64,000 nucleotides of DNA from a virus, in the IMG/VR virus record IMGVR_UViG_3300037466_003456, positions 1-64,000 of that record. One strand, given 5' to 3'. The notes below the pieces were generated by a model. It made no database searches, was not told the origin of the DNA, and saw nothing but the letters and a program-made list of their open reading frames with translations. Shown here one piece after another: positions 48,901 to 56,443 of this stretch; the stretch's first letter is position 1; every line of letters begins with the position of its first letter. A program made the translations under genes and the position numbers.

Positions 48901-49231
48901 GGGCATATTGTTCTCTTGCTGCTGATTGGGATGGTTCATGGCTGGCAAAGTTATATTTCTTTCCTGCCCACTCTCCAAGCCTTGTTCTGCCTTCAATTTC
49001 ACCAAGCTGATCTTCTACGATTTTAATAAGGGATCCACTAGCGTCACAAGAAAAACAATGACCTCCATTAAATCCCTTTGTCAGACTGAAACAGTTGTTA
49101 TGTCCGCAATAGGGACAGGGATTTACAAATATGGACTTTCCGGAAACTTCTATATTCGTAGACAAAAAGGTCCTGGCATAATCATCTAAGTTTCGTAGAA
49201 TATGTTCTGTAATGTCTTTAACCCAACTCAA
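45989..49231 (-). CDS. Primase-helicase fusion (Zn finger + TOPRIM + C-terminal P-loop ATPase)
   Basis: CPYC...CFSC zinc finger; VEGEND and FDHDDAG TOPRIM motifs; GAKGTGKST Walker A and FILDE Walker B. Confidence 0.85.
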   Translation of the reverse strand: MSWVKDITEHILRNLDDYARTFLSTNIEVSGKSIFVNPCPYCGHNNCFSLTKGFNGGHCFSCDASGSLIKIVEDQLGEIEGRTRLGEWAGKKYNFASHEPSQSAAREQYARFQRICQRAIDYYHSRLRSVTYTDYSSGSEEIIVPLHYLTRKRKHKAETLIEDRVGYTGGWPELKKKLLEEGYEEFEINRAQALVGLPEGYFIYPYCDEKGNLVRVNCKIFVRTCRGKAKPNGGYHYDCNQNYYSLDDYLKTAHENMTGHTMTPNNLSRGDKEGVFFAHPKELKSKKKKSLILVEGENDKQSTKEAFLELPSSYQKNFMVWGIGGNAPEGFFDNDLLRQFDEIYEAFDHDDAGDKYREQLSDELPDVKVKSLEFPEQYKDIDEFLKNDENAIEILKNSIDMAKIQETDGYKIWRDGTRHHWEIKNRFVGIRYEIDYLKPNRTFSGDLLLYNGKLMYEKRVGKDIEAINLTPDKNILKLALSNEINSYYHDIRWVENEPQRTMDELLDIFHLSKFKSEIIKQIAWYIFHAPAKKYELLVRQVQRKIKSDIDVAEILREVNGYENEEVDLLRAPQKIQLAQSFFPEKGDGYMYFAKMVKDDDSPKMVPCLISNKKEEIRLDLLKKKTPQSLLLIHNKYELPTEVETNVRDVENLSLQYEWIHKWVNDEIDEMSYHPSIIIQEIESFIRNIYYSTDEVIKVLSLWIYATYFYTLFSSGFPYLVLNGAKGTGKSTLDAIIQLLGFNPTFVVNITESALFRSIHQFGGTFILDELEYLVDTKKVNESGLAAVIKSGYSDKGEVGRVDPDTGFTTYYKVFGPKVISNINGVDDVIADRCIYVETHQAPESVLKKLVTPEKFKGERRGEAYSITSRAAISALTYFSDVEQIFETDTRLETGNARLTQILRPLVTIARLCGGDYEKYLMSFYENNVKEMKKEISMNTLEGKLEYIFVTIAEEILGYAKRHWVLNTSHIYDKPIDVSGDNFQIDSVHLKVLAEEMDATQDFNLKQIHTAMKNVLGKSFDTKKHRIETRMTLNDDGLIRQFGYKKNTNGYRWTLNVRQFITKQTEIVKYGNKKETAEVLF

Positions 49232-49270
49232 AAAAGTTCCCCCGCCTTCTAAAGAAAAGGTTTTCTATAT

Positions 49271-49981
49271 TTAAAAAGACTCGATCTCTCTCTGTATGGT
49301 CTTTTTCGGTAATGATAAAACGGCCTCTAGTCCTGTTACTAATTGCCTATTCGTAATACTAATTCTATCATGGAAAACAGCAATTGAAACAGTTTTACCG
49401 TTAGAAAATAATTTTAAGGCATGGAGGAAGGTATTGCTATTGACGGTTATAAACAACTCGTCCTTTTCAATCGAATGTCCTGTAGTAAACCCCATTTGTT
49501 CAACTCGAAAAATTTGGTTGTCATGCTTTTGAAAAAGAGCTGCCTCTAAGCGAGCGTTGTGTCTTTTTAATCTTAGCCAGGTTTGATCTCTTTCTCGTTT
49601 CTTTTTGATGGTCTCAAGGAACGTAATAAGACAATCACTCTGAATTTCTATTTCTCTTTCAGGCTCACCTGAAAAGATGAAGGTTAAATCTTTACGGGTT
49701 AATTCATTTTTAGTAAAAAGTGATTGATATTTGCTAGGTCGCTTTTTCATATTTTGATAGGGGAAGGTCACAATCACTTCGCCTTCATCCTCACTATTCG
49801 TAGGGATATAAAAAACAGGGGACGTGGGTTCCTCATGCTTCATCCGAACTGCATAGCTCGTTTCCACCATGTACCCATATTCTTCATCAAAATAAACGCC
49901 TGCCGTATGGTCATCACCTTTCCAATTTAAAAGTGGCCAATGCTGCCTAAGCAGCATCGCCACATCGTATCGCGTTACCAT
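49271..49981 (-). CDS. Hypothetical protein, possible sliding-clamp-like fold
   Basis: C-terminal FITVNSNTFLHALKLFSNGKTVSIAV...LEAVLSLP resembles a clamp-domain strand-helix-strand pattern; weak inference. Confidence 0.35.
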   Translation of the reverse strand: MVTRYDVAMLLRQHWPLLNWKGDDHTAGVYFDEEYGYMVETSYAVRMKHEEPTSPVFYIPTNSEDEGEVIVTFPYQNMKKRPSKYQSLFTKNELTRKDLTFIFSGEPEREIEIQSDCLITFLETIKKKRERDQTWLRLKRHNARLEAALFQKHDNQIFRVEQMGFTTGHSIEKDELFITVNSNTFLHALKLFSNGKTVSIAVFHDRISITNRQLVTGLEAVLSLPKKTIQREIESF

Positions 49982-50370
49982 ACTTTCCCCACTGGAGGAT
50001 TAATCAATCCGTTGTCTTTTTTCTTTTCATACTCGGAAAATCGATTTCTAAAAGAAAGATGGTTACGATGTAAATAATTGATTAAGTTTTCTAACGTGGA
50101 GTCCGCCTTATTCGTGCGTGACAAAACATCAAAAATCGCACCATGTTCTTCTGACATAACAGCTTTAAACATTTCATCTTCTTCACTACCCCAGCGAAAT
50201 GGATTGTTTTTAATTTCAAGGATGGCCTGACTTTTGCTGGTATGAAAAAAGAGTTCGTCAAAATAAGCAGGACCTGAATCACACAATCCTGAATAAATAT
50301 CCCACATCAATTGATTGTAGTGGGTATCTAGTATATGAGCCAGCTCTTGTTTTGCCTTTAAAGCATCCAT
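49975..50370 (-). CDS. GxVW-array paralog 12 (most distal)
   Basis: Ends INPPVGKVW; likely start MDALKAK. Confidence 0.75.
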   Translation of the reverse strand: MDALKAKQELAHILDTHYNQLMWDIYSGLCDSGPAYFDELFFHTSKSQAILEIKNNPFRWGSEEDEMFKAVMSEEHGAIFDVLSRTNKADSTLENLINYLHRNHLSFRNRFSEYEKKKDNGLINPPVGKVW

Positions 50371-50375
50371 GTTCC

Positions 50376-50816
50376 TTACCACACCTTTCCAACGGGTATA
50401 TTTATATATCTTTTTAGAAAGCCATCGAGATAGGACATATTTTTATAATTTAATACTGTCATAATGTCTTGGTACAATAAATTCTCGTACAGACCATCCG
50501 AGTGGTCGCCTGATGCTTTCTTCATTTCATATTTATTTAGCTCACCATGTAAAAACAGAAATCGTTCCCGCTTTGACATCTTTTCGATTATGTCAAAAAG
50601 GTACCGTTCATTTAAATGCTTCTGTCCTAAGAGGGCAGAAAGGAAATATTCAGGTTTATCCCTGGTCAAATGCAGTAAAATGTTTTCAAGGACAGTTGGT
50701 AAACCTTTCCCGTTGTATCTCATGTACGTATCGACCACCTGATTTTCAAACTCTTTTTGAAATGCAGGTATAACGAAGTTTAAATGTAACGGTTCTATTT
50801 TGCTAACTTCATTCAT
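50376..50816 (-). CDS. GxVW-array paralog 11
   Basis: FVIPAFQKEFENQVVDTY ... YQDIMTVLNYKNMSY ... INIPVGKVW. Confidence 0.8.
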   Translation of the reverse strand: MNEVSKIEPLHLNFVIPAFQKEFENQVVDTYMRYNGKGLPTVLENILLHLTRDKPEYFLSALLGQKHLNERYLFDIIEKMSKRERFLFLHGELNKYEMKKASGDHSDGLYENLLYQDIMTVLNYKNMSYLDGFLKRYINIPVGKVW

Positions 50817-50822
50817 GCATTC

Positions 50823-51191
50823 TCACCATACGCTTCCTACAGGTATATTTCGGCAATCAATATAATGCCGTCTTGTTGGATGGATATCCTTTGCATAGAA
50901 CATGTGTTTAAATTCCAATAAAATCTGAACGTCCTTTCGAATTTCATCTGCGTCGGTAATACGGATTTTGTCTCCTTTATTTCCAAGAAGAACAGAAAGG
51001 TCACTATACGGATTGCCTGTTTCTAAATAATTGTGTCGATAAACAGAAAAATAACTTGCAGCATACGTAAGATCTTTAAGACCATGTACTCCTTCATCAA
51101 AATATGCCCCGAATACAAATTCCTCAAAATCCGATGCCAGCTCCTCTGGAATGAATTGTAGCTGTAACTTTCGTTTAACTAATCCATCCAT
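50823..51191 (-). CDS. GxVW-array paralog 10
   Basis: FIPEELASDFEEFVFGAY ... RNIPVGSVW. Confidence 0.8.
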   Translation of the reverse strand: MDGLVKRKLQLQFIPEELASDFEEFVFGAYFDEGVHGLKDLTYAASYFSVYRHNYLETGNPYSDLSVLLGNKGDKIRITDADEIRKDVQILLEFKHMFYAKDIHPTRRHYIDCRNIPVGSVW

Positions 51192-51194
51192 CCC

Positions 51195-51572
51195 TTACCA
51201 CACCTTTCCGACAGGGAAATTGATAAACTTTCTATTCTTGAAACTAACGCTCATATGATATTTAAAAATAACGCTAAACAAGTCTTTATCGTACGCCCTT
51301 GAATACTTTTCAACTGCATCGTCCTGCCACTTTAGAATATCTGGTAGTTTGAACCAAGCGAATCGATCTCCGAATTCCAGTAACGAAGCTACCTCACGAA
51401 ATGAATCTACTGATTGGTCATAGATGGTGCCTGCTAAAGGAATAAATTCTGGAATTCCCCACTTAGTCTGTGTATCTGCGACCTTTTCGTAAATATCAAA
51501 TACGTCCATTTCAAATTGACTTCGCGATTCCTCCGGAACTAAAAGAAATGGTTTTTGCTGAACTACTTGCAT
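51195..51572 (-). CDS. GxVW-array paralog 9
   Basis: LVPEESRSQFEMDVFDIY ... INFPVGKVW; TAATG overlap. Confidence 0.8.
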   Translation of the reverse strand: MQVVQQKPFLLVPEESRSQFEMDVFDIYEKVADTQTKWGIPEFIPLAGTIYDQSVDSFREVASLLEFGDRFAWFKLPDILKWQDDAVEKYSRAYDKDLFSVIFKYHMSVSFKNRKFINFPVGKVW

Positions 51573-51937
51573 TACCAAACCCTCCCGACTGGCAGATTGA
51601 TATATTTATCAAGTAAAAAAGAGTCATAAGACAAATTGTGAAAGTTAAGAACTGCCATTATGTCATTTATGAAATCATCTTCGTTCGCATCTTTGAACTC
51701 CGATAATTCATCAGCTGGATACGGGTTCGAAAAATAATGCTGATCCTCGAATATTTCCAATCTTGCTGTTTTATGCAAATAAGACAAGACACACCCGAAT
51801 ATGTGATGGTCGGTTGGAAGTTGGACAGGATTTTTCATTGCAATTTCAAAATAGGATTTTTCAACATCTCGAATAAAGGAATCTCGAAGCTGTTCAGGGA
51901 CAACAGTTAATTTAAGTTTTTCTCTTTTTGCTAACAT
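51572..51937 (-). CDS. GxVW-array paralog 8
   Basis: VVPEQLRDSFIRDVEKSY ... FINDIMAVLNFHNLSY ... INLPVGRVW. Confidence 0.8.
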   Translation of the reverse strand: MLAKREKLKLTVVPEQLRDSFIRDVEKSYFEIAMKNPVQLPTDHHIFGCVLSYLHKTARLEIFEDQHYFSNPYPADELSEFKDANEDDFINDIMAVLNFHNLSYDSFLLDKYINLPVGRVW

Positions 51938-52336
51938 TTACCACACCTGCCCGATTGGATGATTGATAACGCGGTTATTGTGTGTATGAGACATGTTATA
52001 GTGAAGCAAAACTCTCCTAATATCATTTATAAAACCATCGGTATTATTTTCTTGGCAAATCCCAAAATCCAAAAATTCATTAGCATCCAGTTCATTCGGA
52101 GGACGCCACATTTTAAAAACTTCAAGTGAGCATAATTGTTCAAATAAATCATTTACTTCATACATGTTAATGTCTTCAGGTGTTAGAAAATATAGTTTAG
52201 TTTTTTTGAACAGATAACCTGCAGTATCAAACTGGACGTTTTCGTATCCTTCCTTTACCAGCTCAACGAATTTATCTGACATGTAATCTGGAACAACAGA
52301 AAACTTCGGATACCCATTAACAACTAATTGCTTCAT
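51938..52336 (-). CDS. GxVW-array paralog 7
   Basis: VVPDYMSDKFVELVKEGY ... FINDIRRVLLHYNMSH ... INHPIGQVW. Confidence 0.8.
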   Translation of the reverse strand: MKQLVVNGYPKFSVVPDYMSDKFVELVKEGYENVQFDTAGYLFKKTKLYFLTPEDINMYEVNDLFEQLCSLEVFKMWRPPNELDANEFLDFGICQENNTDGFINDIRRVLLHYNMSHTHNNRVINHPIGQVW

Positions 52337-52737
52337 TACCACACCTGCCCTACAAAATGATTGACATGTTTTTTGGGATTTTCTGAATTGATATAACTTA
52401 AGTTCAAAAATCTTAGCAGCCGTTCAACATCTCTAAAAGCAAATTCATAATACGGATCGGTAATGGCATATTTTCTTGTGCGTTTTTCTTCGTTGTCTCC
52501 CATTCCTTTCAACACATCGGACCAATAATTGATATTCCTACCGTTGGTTTCCTGATGGGAAGCCACCTTCAGAATGACATCTCTTGTAGCATCTGTAAGA
52601 ACATGTAAATCTGGCAACTCTCCTGATTTATAACCATAATAGGTGTTGAATATAAGATTCATAAAATCAAACGAAAGATGGTCAGGCACCCAAGGGAATG
52701 CCTGACCACTGTAAATGATATCTGCTGTCAATCTCAT
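52336..52737 (-). CDS. GxVW-array paralog 6
   Basis: WVPDHLSFDFMNLIFNTY ... VNHFVGQVW. Confidence 0.8.
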   Translation of the reverse strand: MRLTADIIYSGQAFPWVPDHLSFDFMNLIFNTYYGYKSGELPDLHVLTDATRDVILKVASHQETNGRNINYWSDVLKGMGDNEEKRTRKYAITDPYYEFAFRDVERLLRFLNLSYINSENPKKHVNHFVGQVW

Positions 52738-52738
52738 C

Positions 52739-53215
52739 TCACCATACCTTTCCAACAGGGAAATTGCGAAATACTGGATTGACGGAAAAGCCATGAATGG
52801 AATAGGATTCCTGGAAGAACATTTTGTTGTGATACAAATACCTTTTCATATCCTCAATAAATCGCAGTTCAATCACCGTTTCATTCTTTTCCAAGAATTT
52901 TCGTGATTGTTCCCAATGGTGGTCATCCTGATATACCCAATTGTGAGGAAATTGATTGGGATCGAATTTAACATTTGCTTCTTTTAAATAATGGTGATTA
53001 TAGATATCCGTGTAATGATCAAGCAGAATGTCTCTTGTAAGTTCGTCCTTAAACATCATATTATTTGTAATTAAAGGAACGAGGTCTTCTGGGCATCTGT
53101 CAGTTGCAGCTAATTCTATATACCAATCTTCCATGTAGCTCTCGAATAATTTTGTCGCTACCTCTGGAACCCACTGATAATTGACCGTTTGTTTCGCTAA
53201 TTGATTACTTTTCAT
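52739..53215 (-). CDS. GxVW-array paralog 5
   Basis: WVPEVATKLFESYMEDWY ... RNFPVGKVW. Confidence 0.8.
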   Translation of the reverse strand: MKSNQLAKQTVNYQWVPEVATKLFESYMEDWYIELAATDRCPEDLVPLITNNMMFKDELTRDILLDHYTDIYNHHYLKEANVKFDPNQFPHNWVYQDDHHWEQSRKFLEKNETVIELRFIEDMKRYLYHNKMFFQESYSIHGFSVNPVFRNFPVGKVW

Positions 53216-53580
53216 TACCACACCTCACCAGAAAAATGATTGAAATACCTTGTACGAGGATGAGCGTCATCCGTATAGCAATAAAATAGGTGATACGCAT
53301 TTAATACAGAGACCACATCTTCATATGCCTCAACAGAATCCCTATGTTTTCCGAAATGAGCAAAGACATCAATTCCTGTAAACCCAGGATGTTCCTTCAT
53401 TCTGAATAAATTAGGCGGATGTTGGTTTCCATGTAAAATATTTGATTTAATCAAATCCTTTTGATACCACTCGAGCACATCAAATACAAACCATTCAAAT
53501 TGATGTTGATTACCTTGAATTAATTTCATTTGTTCCCGCAATTTTTTTACTCCAGAAACCGTCAGGGCTCCGTTCACCAT
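53215..53580 (-). CDS. GxVW-array paralog 4
   Basis: FVFDVLEWY ... YEDVVSVLNAYHLFY ... FNHFSGEVW. Confidence 0.75.
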   Translation of the reverse strand: MVNGALTVSGVKKLREQMKLIQGNQHQFEWFVFDVLEWYQKDLIKSNILHGNQHPPNLFRMKEHPGFTGIDVFAHFGKHRDSVEAYEDVVSVLNAYHLFYCYTDDAHPRTRYFNHFSGEVW

Positions 53581-53972
53581 ATCCCACCTCCATAGGGACA
53601 ATTAATGACTTTTTTACGATCTGCCCCTGTGTAAGACATGTATCTTGTTCTCAAATAATTAAGGACAATGGAATCCGTTTCGCTTTTTTGCATTTCCTGA
53701 AAGGTAAACTCGGAAATGCCTCCCATCGCCGCTTTCGAATGGAATACATGAGGGGCGTATCCATATTTTAGATGGATCCCTGCCGCAACCATTTCATTGA
53801 CCTTTTCTGAACGGGCTTTAAGATTTATTTCATCATGACATCTCTCTAATAATTCACCGATAAACGGGAAACCGGGAGATTTTAAGTTATATGAGTTGTT
53901 CACCAAATGGGCGTAAGTTTGCCATATCTGGTCTTCGTATGGAAAAATCACATACTTTTCAAGTTGGTTCAT
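53574..53972 (-). CDS. GxVW-array paralog 3
   Basis: Ends VLNYLRTRYMSY ... INCPYGGGIW. Confidence 0.75.
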   Translation of the reverse strand: MNQLEKYVIFPYEDQIWQTYAHLVNNSYNLKSPGFPFIGELLERCHDEINLKARSEKVNEMVAAGIHLKYGYAPHVFHSKAAMGGISEFTFQEMQKSETDSIVLNYLRTRYMSYTGADRKKVINCPYGGGIW

Positions 53973-54245
53973 TTACCACACCTCTCCTATAGGGAAATTG
54001 ATATAACCGTCACGAAATCTCAAGAAGATATGATGGTCTTGGCAGCATCTAATAACTGAAAACGCGACTTCTTCAAAAGGTTTATCACTTAATATCTTCA
54101 CAGTGACGTCGTTTAGACTTGGAATGAAACCTACTTCTTGTAACAAAAAAGGAGGAGCATGATACGACATCTCTATTACCTCATCGTAATAGGCGTCCAT
54201 CACTTTATTTAAAAACACTTGGTCTTTTCTTTGAATAATATTCAT
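53973..54245 (-). CDS. GxVW-array paralog 2
   Basis: FLNKVMDAY ... INFPIGEVW; about 90 aa. Confidence 0.75.
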   Translation of the reverse strand: MNIIQRKDQVFLNKVMDAYYDEVIEMSYHAPPFLLQEVGFIPSLNDVTVKILSDKPFEEVAFSVIRCCQDHHIFLRFRDGYINFPIGEVW

Positions 54246-54640
54246 TACCACACCTTCCCTACAGGCATATTGATGTAAGGGTCTTTTATTTTCCATAGTT
54301 CAATAAACTCTTTGCTTTTTATCACAAAAGAATAACCTTGACTTACAAGCTCGTCATAGATGACGGCTTCACCCTTAATAGGAGAATTCTTTATTGTGCT
54401 AACTAAGTGATTAAATTCATCTAGAGATAAATCTTTGCTTTTTAATTGCTCCGTTGCCCGAGTCAATAAATTAAGCATTTTCTGGGTGTATTCATTTTCC
54501 TTATCCAGATTGTGCATCATGTGGTGCATATAGATATTTTCAAAAGTTGGCAAAAAAATAGTATTAGAAGCAGAGGATCGATATGCTTCAAACATATCGA
54601 TCCTCTTAACTGCTGACAAAGAAAAGGTTTCGTTGCTCAC
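54245..54640 (-). CDS. GxVW-array paralog 1 (first transcribed)
   Basis: Ends INMPVGKVW; start is either GTG 54640 (GTGA overlap) or ATG 54595. Confidence 0.7.
   Translation of the reverse strand: MSNETFSLSAVKRIDMFEAYRSSASNTIFLPTFENIYMHHMMHNLDKENEYTQKMLNLLTRATEQLKSKDLSLDEFNHLVSTIKNSPIKGEAVIYDELVSQGYSFVIKSKEFIELWKIKDPYINMPVGKVW
54572..54606. promoter_or_regulatory. Perfect 14-bp hairpin enclosing an RBS and ATG
   Basis: Minus strand AGAGGATCGATATG-TTTGAAG-CATATCGATCCTCT. Confidence 0.75.
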
Positions 54641-55731
54641 GGTATCCAAATCCTTCCACGTATATGTTGGTAAGTCGGTGCTATTGCTGCTTCAATCGTA
54701 GGATGTTCATTATGTCCTTCCGCATAAAAATAACCCCCGCTATAGGCATCAGCGAATTGCATCGAGATACGAGGATATCCTTTTAATGTGTTCATTAAGG
54801 CAGAGAAAAGATCTAAGTCAAATGTAAGCATCGGAGCACCTTGAATCCACTTGTCGTTATAATCAGGCATAAATGGATGGTCCATAATATATTTCACGTT
54901 ATTAGTATCACTTTTATTCACCTCATAAGAACCATGACCAGCACGAAGCATACCGCGATCAAAATGCTGAACGGCAATCCGAATACCAGTCTTTAAGGGT
55001 TGCAGCACGTTGCAAGTTTTAACGCCAGCTTGCTTATCTTCGTTCATTGGTCTGATCAAATACACCAATCCCGGACGAATTCTTTCGGCATTAATGATGG
55101 AGTCCTTATCAACAAAACTCTTGACGGTATACAATTTTCCTTTAAATTCAAATTCAGAAACCATGATGATTTCGTTATTTGGTTGTTTCTCAGCCATCGC
55201 GGCTAAATGTCCGACTGGAACTCCAGCTGTAAATTGGATATTAATCTTCCTGTCTTGGTATTGCGGAGAACTTTGAAAACCTGTGAAATGATCATTAACA
55301 AATTCATGGATATCATTCGGACTTAAATCAACATTAAACTTTAACGCTGTTTTCTCCTTCATGGCGTTAATGTAATCAATCGCTTCCTTAGTACGGATTC
55401 TTTCCCGTTCTTTTCCGTCGTTTACATCGTCCCCTAGAATTCCTTCAGTGTCTGCGGTAGTTGTGTCATAGGTCTCTTTTCTATAATGATAGAGGCCGTT
55501 TTCATGCATAATTCCTCTCGGACCGACTCCTAGATCCACTTCTGCTCCTCTTGCATACTGGGCCCTGAAAAACATTACACCTCGATTGGAAACAACTCTT
55601 CTTACTCCACCCACTATACTTCCGTTTTCAACGTCAAAAAACATATACTGATTGTCGCTATCGCGATTCAAAGTAACGATTGGATAAAATAAAGGAATCG
55701 CATGCCCCATTTGTCTTGCTACAGTTTCCAT
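54637..55731 (-). CDS. Hypothetical protein, possible beta-clamp-like fold
   Basis: About 364 aa from METVAR; C-terminal LTFDLDLFSALMNTLKGYPRISMQF...IEAAIAP resembles DnaN domain III; inference only. Confidence 0.4.
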   Translation of the reverse strand: METVARQMGHAIPLFYPIVTLNRDSDNQYMFFDVENGSIVGGVRRVVSNRGVMFFRAQYARGAEVDLGVGPRGIMHENGLYHYRKETYDTTTADTEGILGDDVNDGKERERIRTKEAIDYINAMKEKTALKFNVDLSPNDIHEFVNDHFTGFQSSPQYQDRKINIQFTAGVPVGHLAAMAEKQPNNEIIMVSEFEFKGKLYTVKSFVDKDSIINAERIRPGLVYLIRPMNEDKQAGVKTCNVLQPLKTGIRIAVQHFDRGMLRAGHGSYEVNKSDTNNVKYIMDHPFMPDYNDKWIQGAPMLTFDLDLFSALMNTLKGYPRISMQFADAYSGGYFYAEGHNEHPTIEAAIAPTYQHIRGRIWIP

Positions 55732-55797
55732 ACATATCAATCTCCCTTTTTTAAAAATTAAATAAAAAAGACAGCACATCATTGTGCCGTCTATTCC

Positions 55798-56319
55798 TTA
55801 CTTCTTTTCTTCAACTGTTTCTGTTGCGTTGATTACTGCTTCTGCTTCTGCATTAAGCTCTTTTCCTTTTAATGCTGCTGATAAATTGCTGAATTTTTCT
55901 AATTCATCGTTCCATTTTTTCTTGGTCTTCTTTGTCACTAATTTTGTTTCATCAATCATGCGTTTTAATTCTATTTGTAAATCTAATGGGTTTTTCATTG
56001 TTTTATTTGCTAAATCAATTTCTTCTTTATTCCATTTCATCTTTGTATCAGTTGGGTTTTGATCCATATGTGTTGCGATTGCATTCACTTTCGCTAATAG
56101 TTCAAAATACTTTTTTGCTTCCCGTTTTTCCTTAATCCATAATCCACCGAATATGCCGCCTGTTACTGCTGCGCCTGCTCCTGCTCCGATTACTAATCCT
56201 TTTACAAAATCATTACTCTTACTTTCAATTACTTCTACATCTTCAAAACTTCTAAAACCTCCAAAATTTTCATCATATACATTTTCCATTTCTGCTGCTT
56301 GTTCTGCCATTTGTACCAT
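55798..56319 (-). CDS. Hypothetical membrane-anchored protein
   Basis: GLVIGAGAGAAVTGGIFGGLW TM; AT-rich. Confidence 0.65.
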   Translation of the reverse strand: MVQMAEQAAEMENVYDENFGGFRSFEDVEVIESKSNDFVKGLVIGAGAGAAVTGGIFGGLWIKEKREAKKYFELLAKVNAIATHMDQNPTDTKMKWNKEEIDLANKTMKNPLDLQIELKRMIDETKLVTKKTKKKWNDELEKFSNLSAALKGKELNAEAEAVINATETVEEKK

Positions 56320-56367
56320 GTTTAATCGTCTCCTTTTTATTTCATAAATTTTTTCTTACTCACTGTC

Positions 56368-56376
56368 CTTATAACA
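56368..56376 (-). promoter_or_regulatory. Copy of the TGTTATAAG promoter core
   Basis: TGTTATAAGGACAGTG upstream of 55798..56319. Confidence 0.55.
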
Positions 56377-56443
56377 TGAAATTGGAGATTTTTTACATAA
56401 GAAAAAGCCTACTAGATAGTAGGCTATATGTTCGTATAATTCA

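Noticed and set aside
41489-49231. Inteins or group I introns in the helicase or primase
   Set aside because: No C/S...HN-C/S/T splice junctions, LAGLIDADG or HNH motifs, or frame interruptions were seen.
49975-54275. Periodic repeat read as a CRISPR array or integron attC sites
   Set aside because: Spacing is 270-480 bp of intact coding sequence, the repeat is degenerate at codon third positions, and it is not palindromic.
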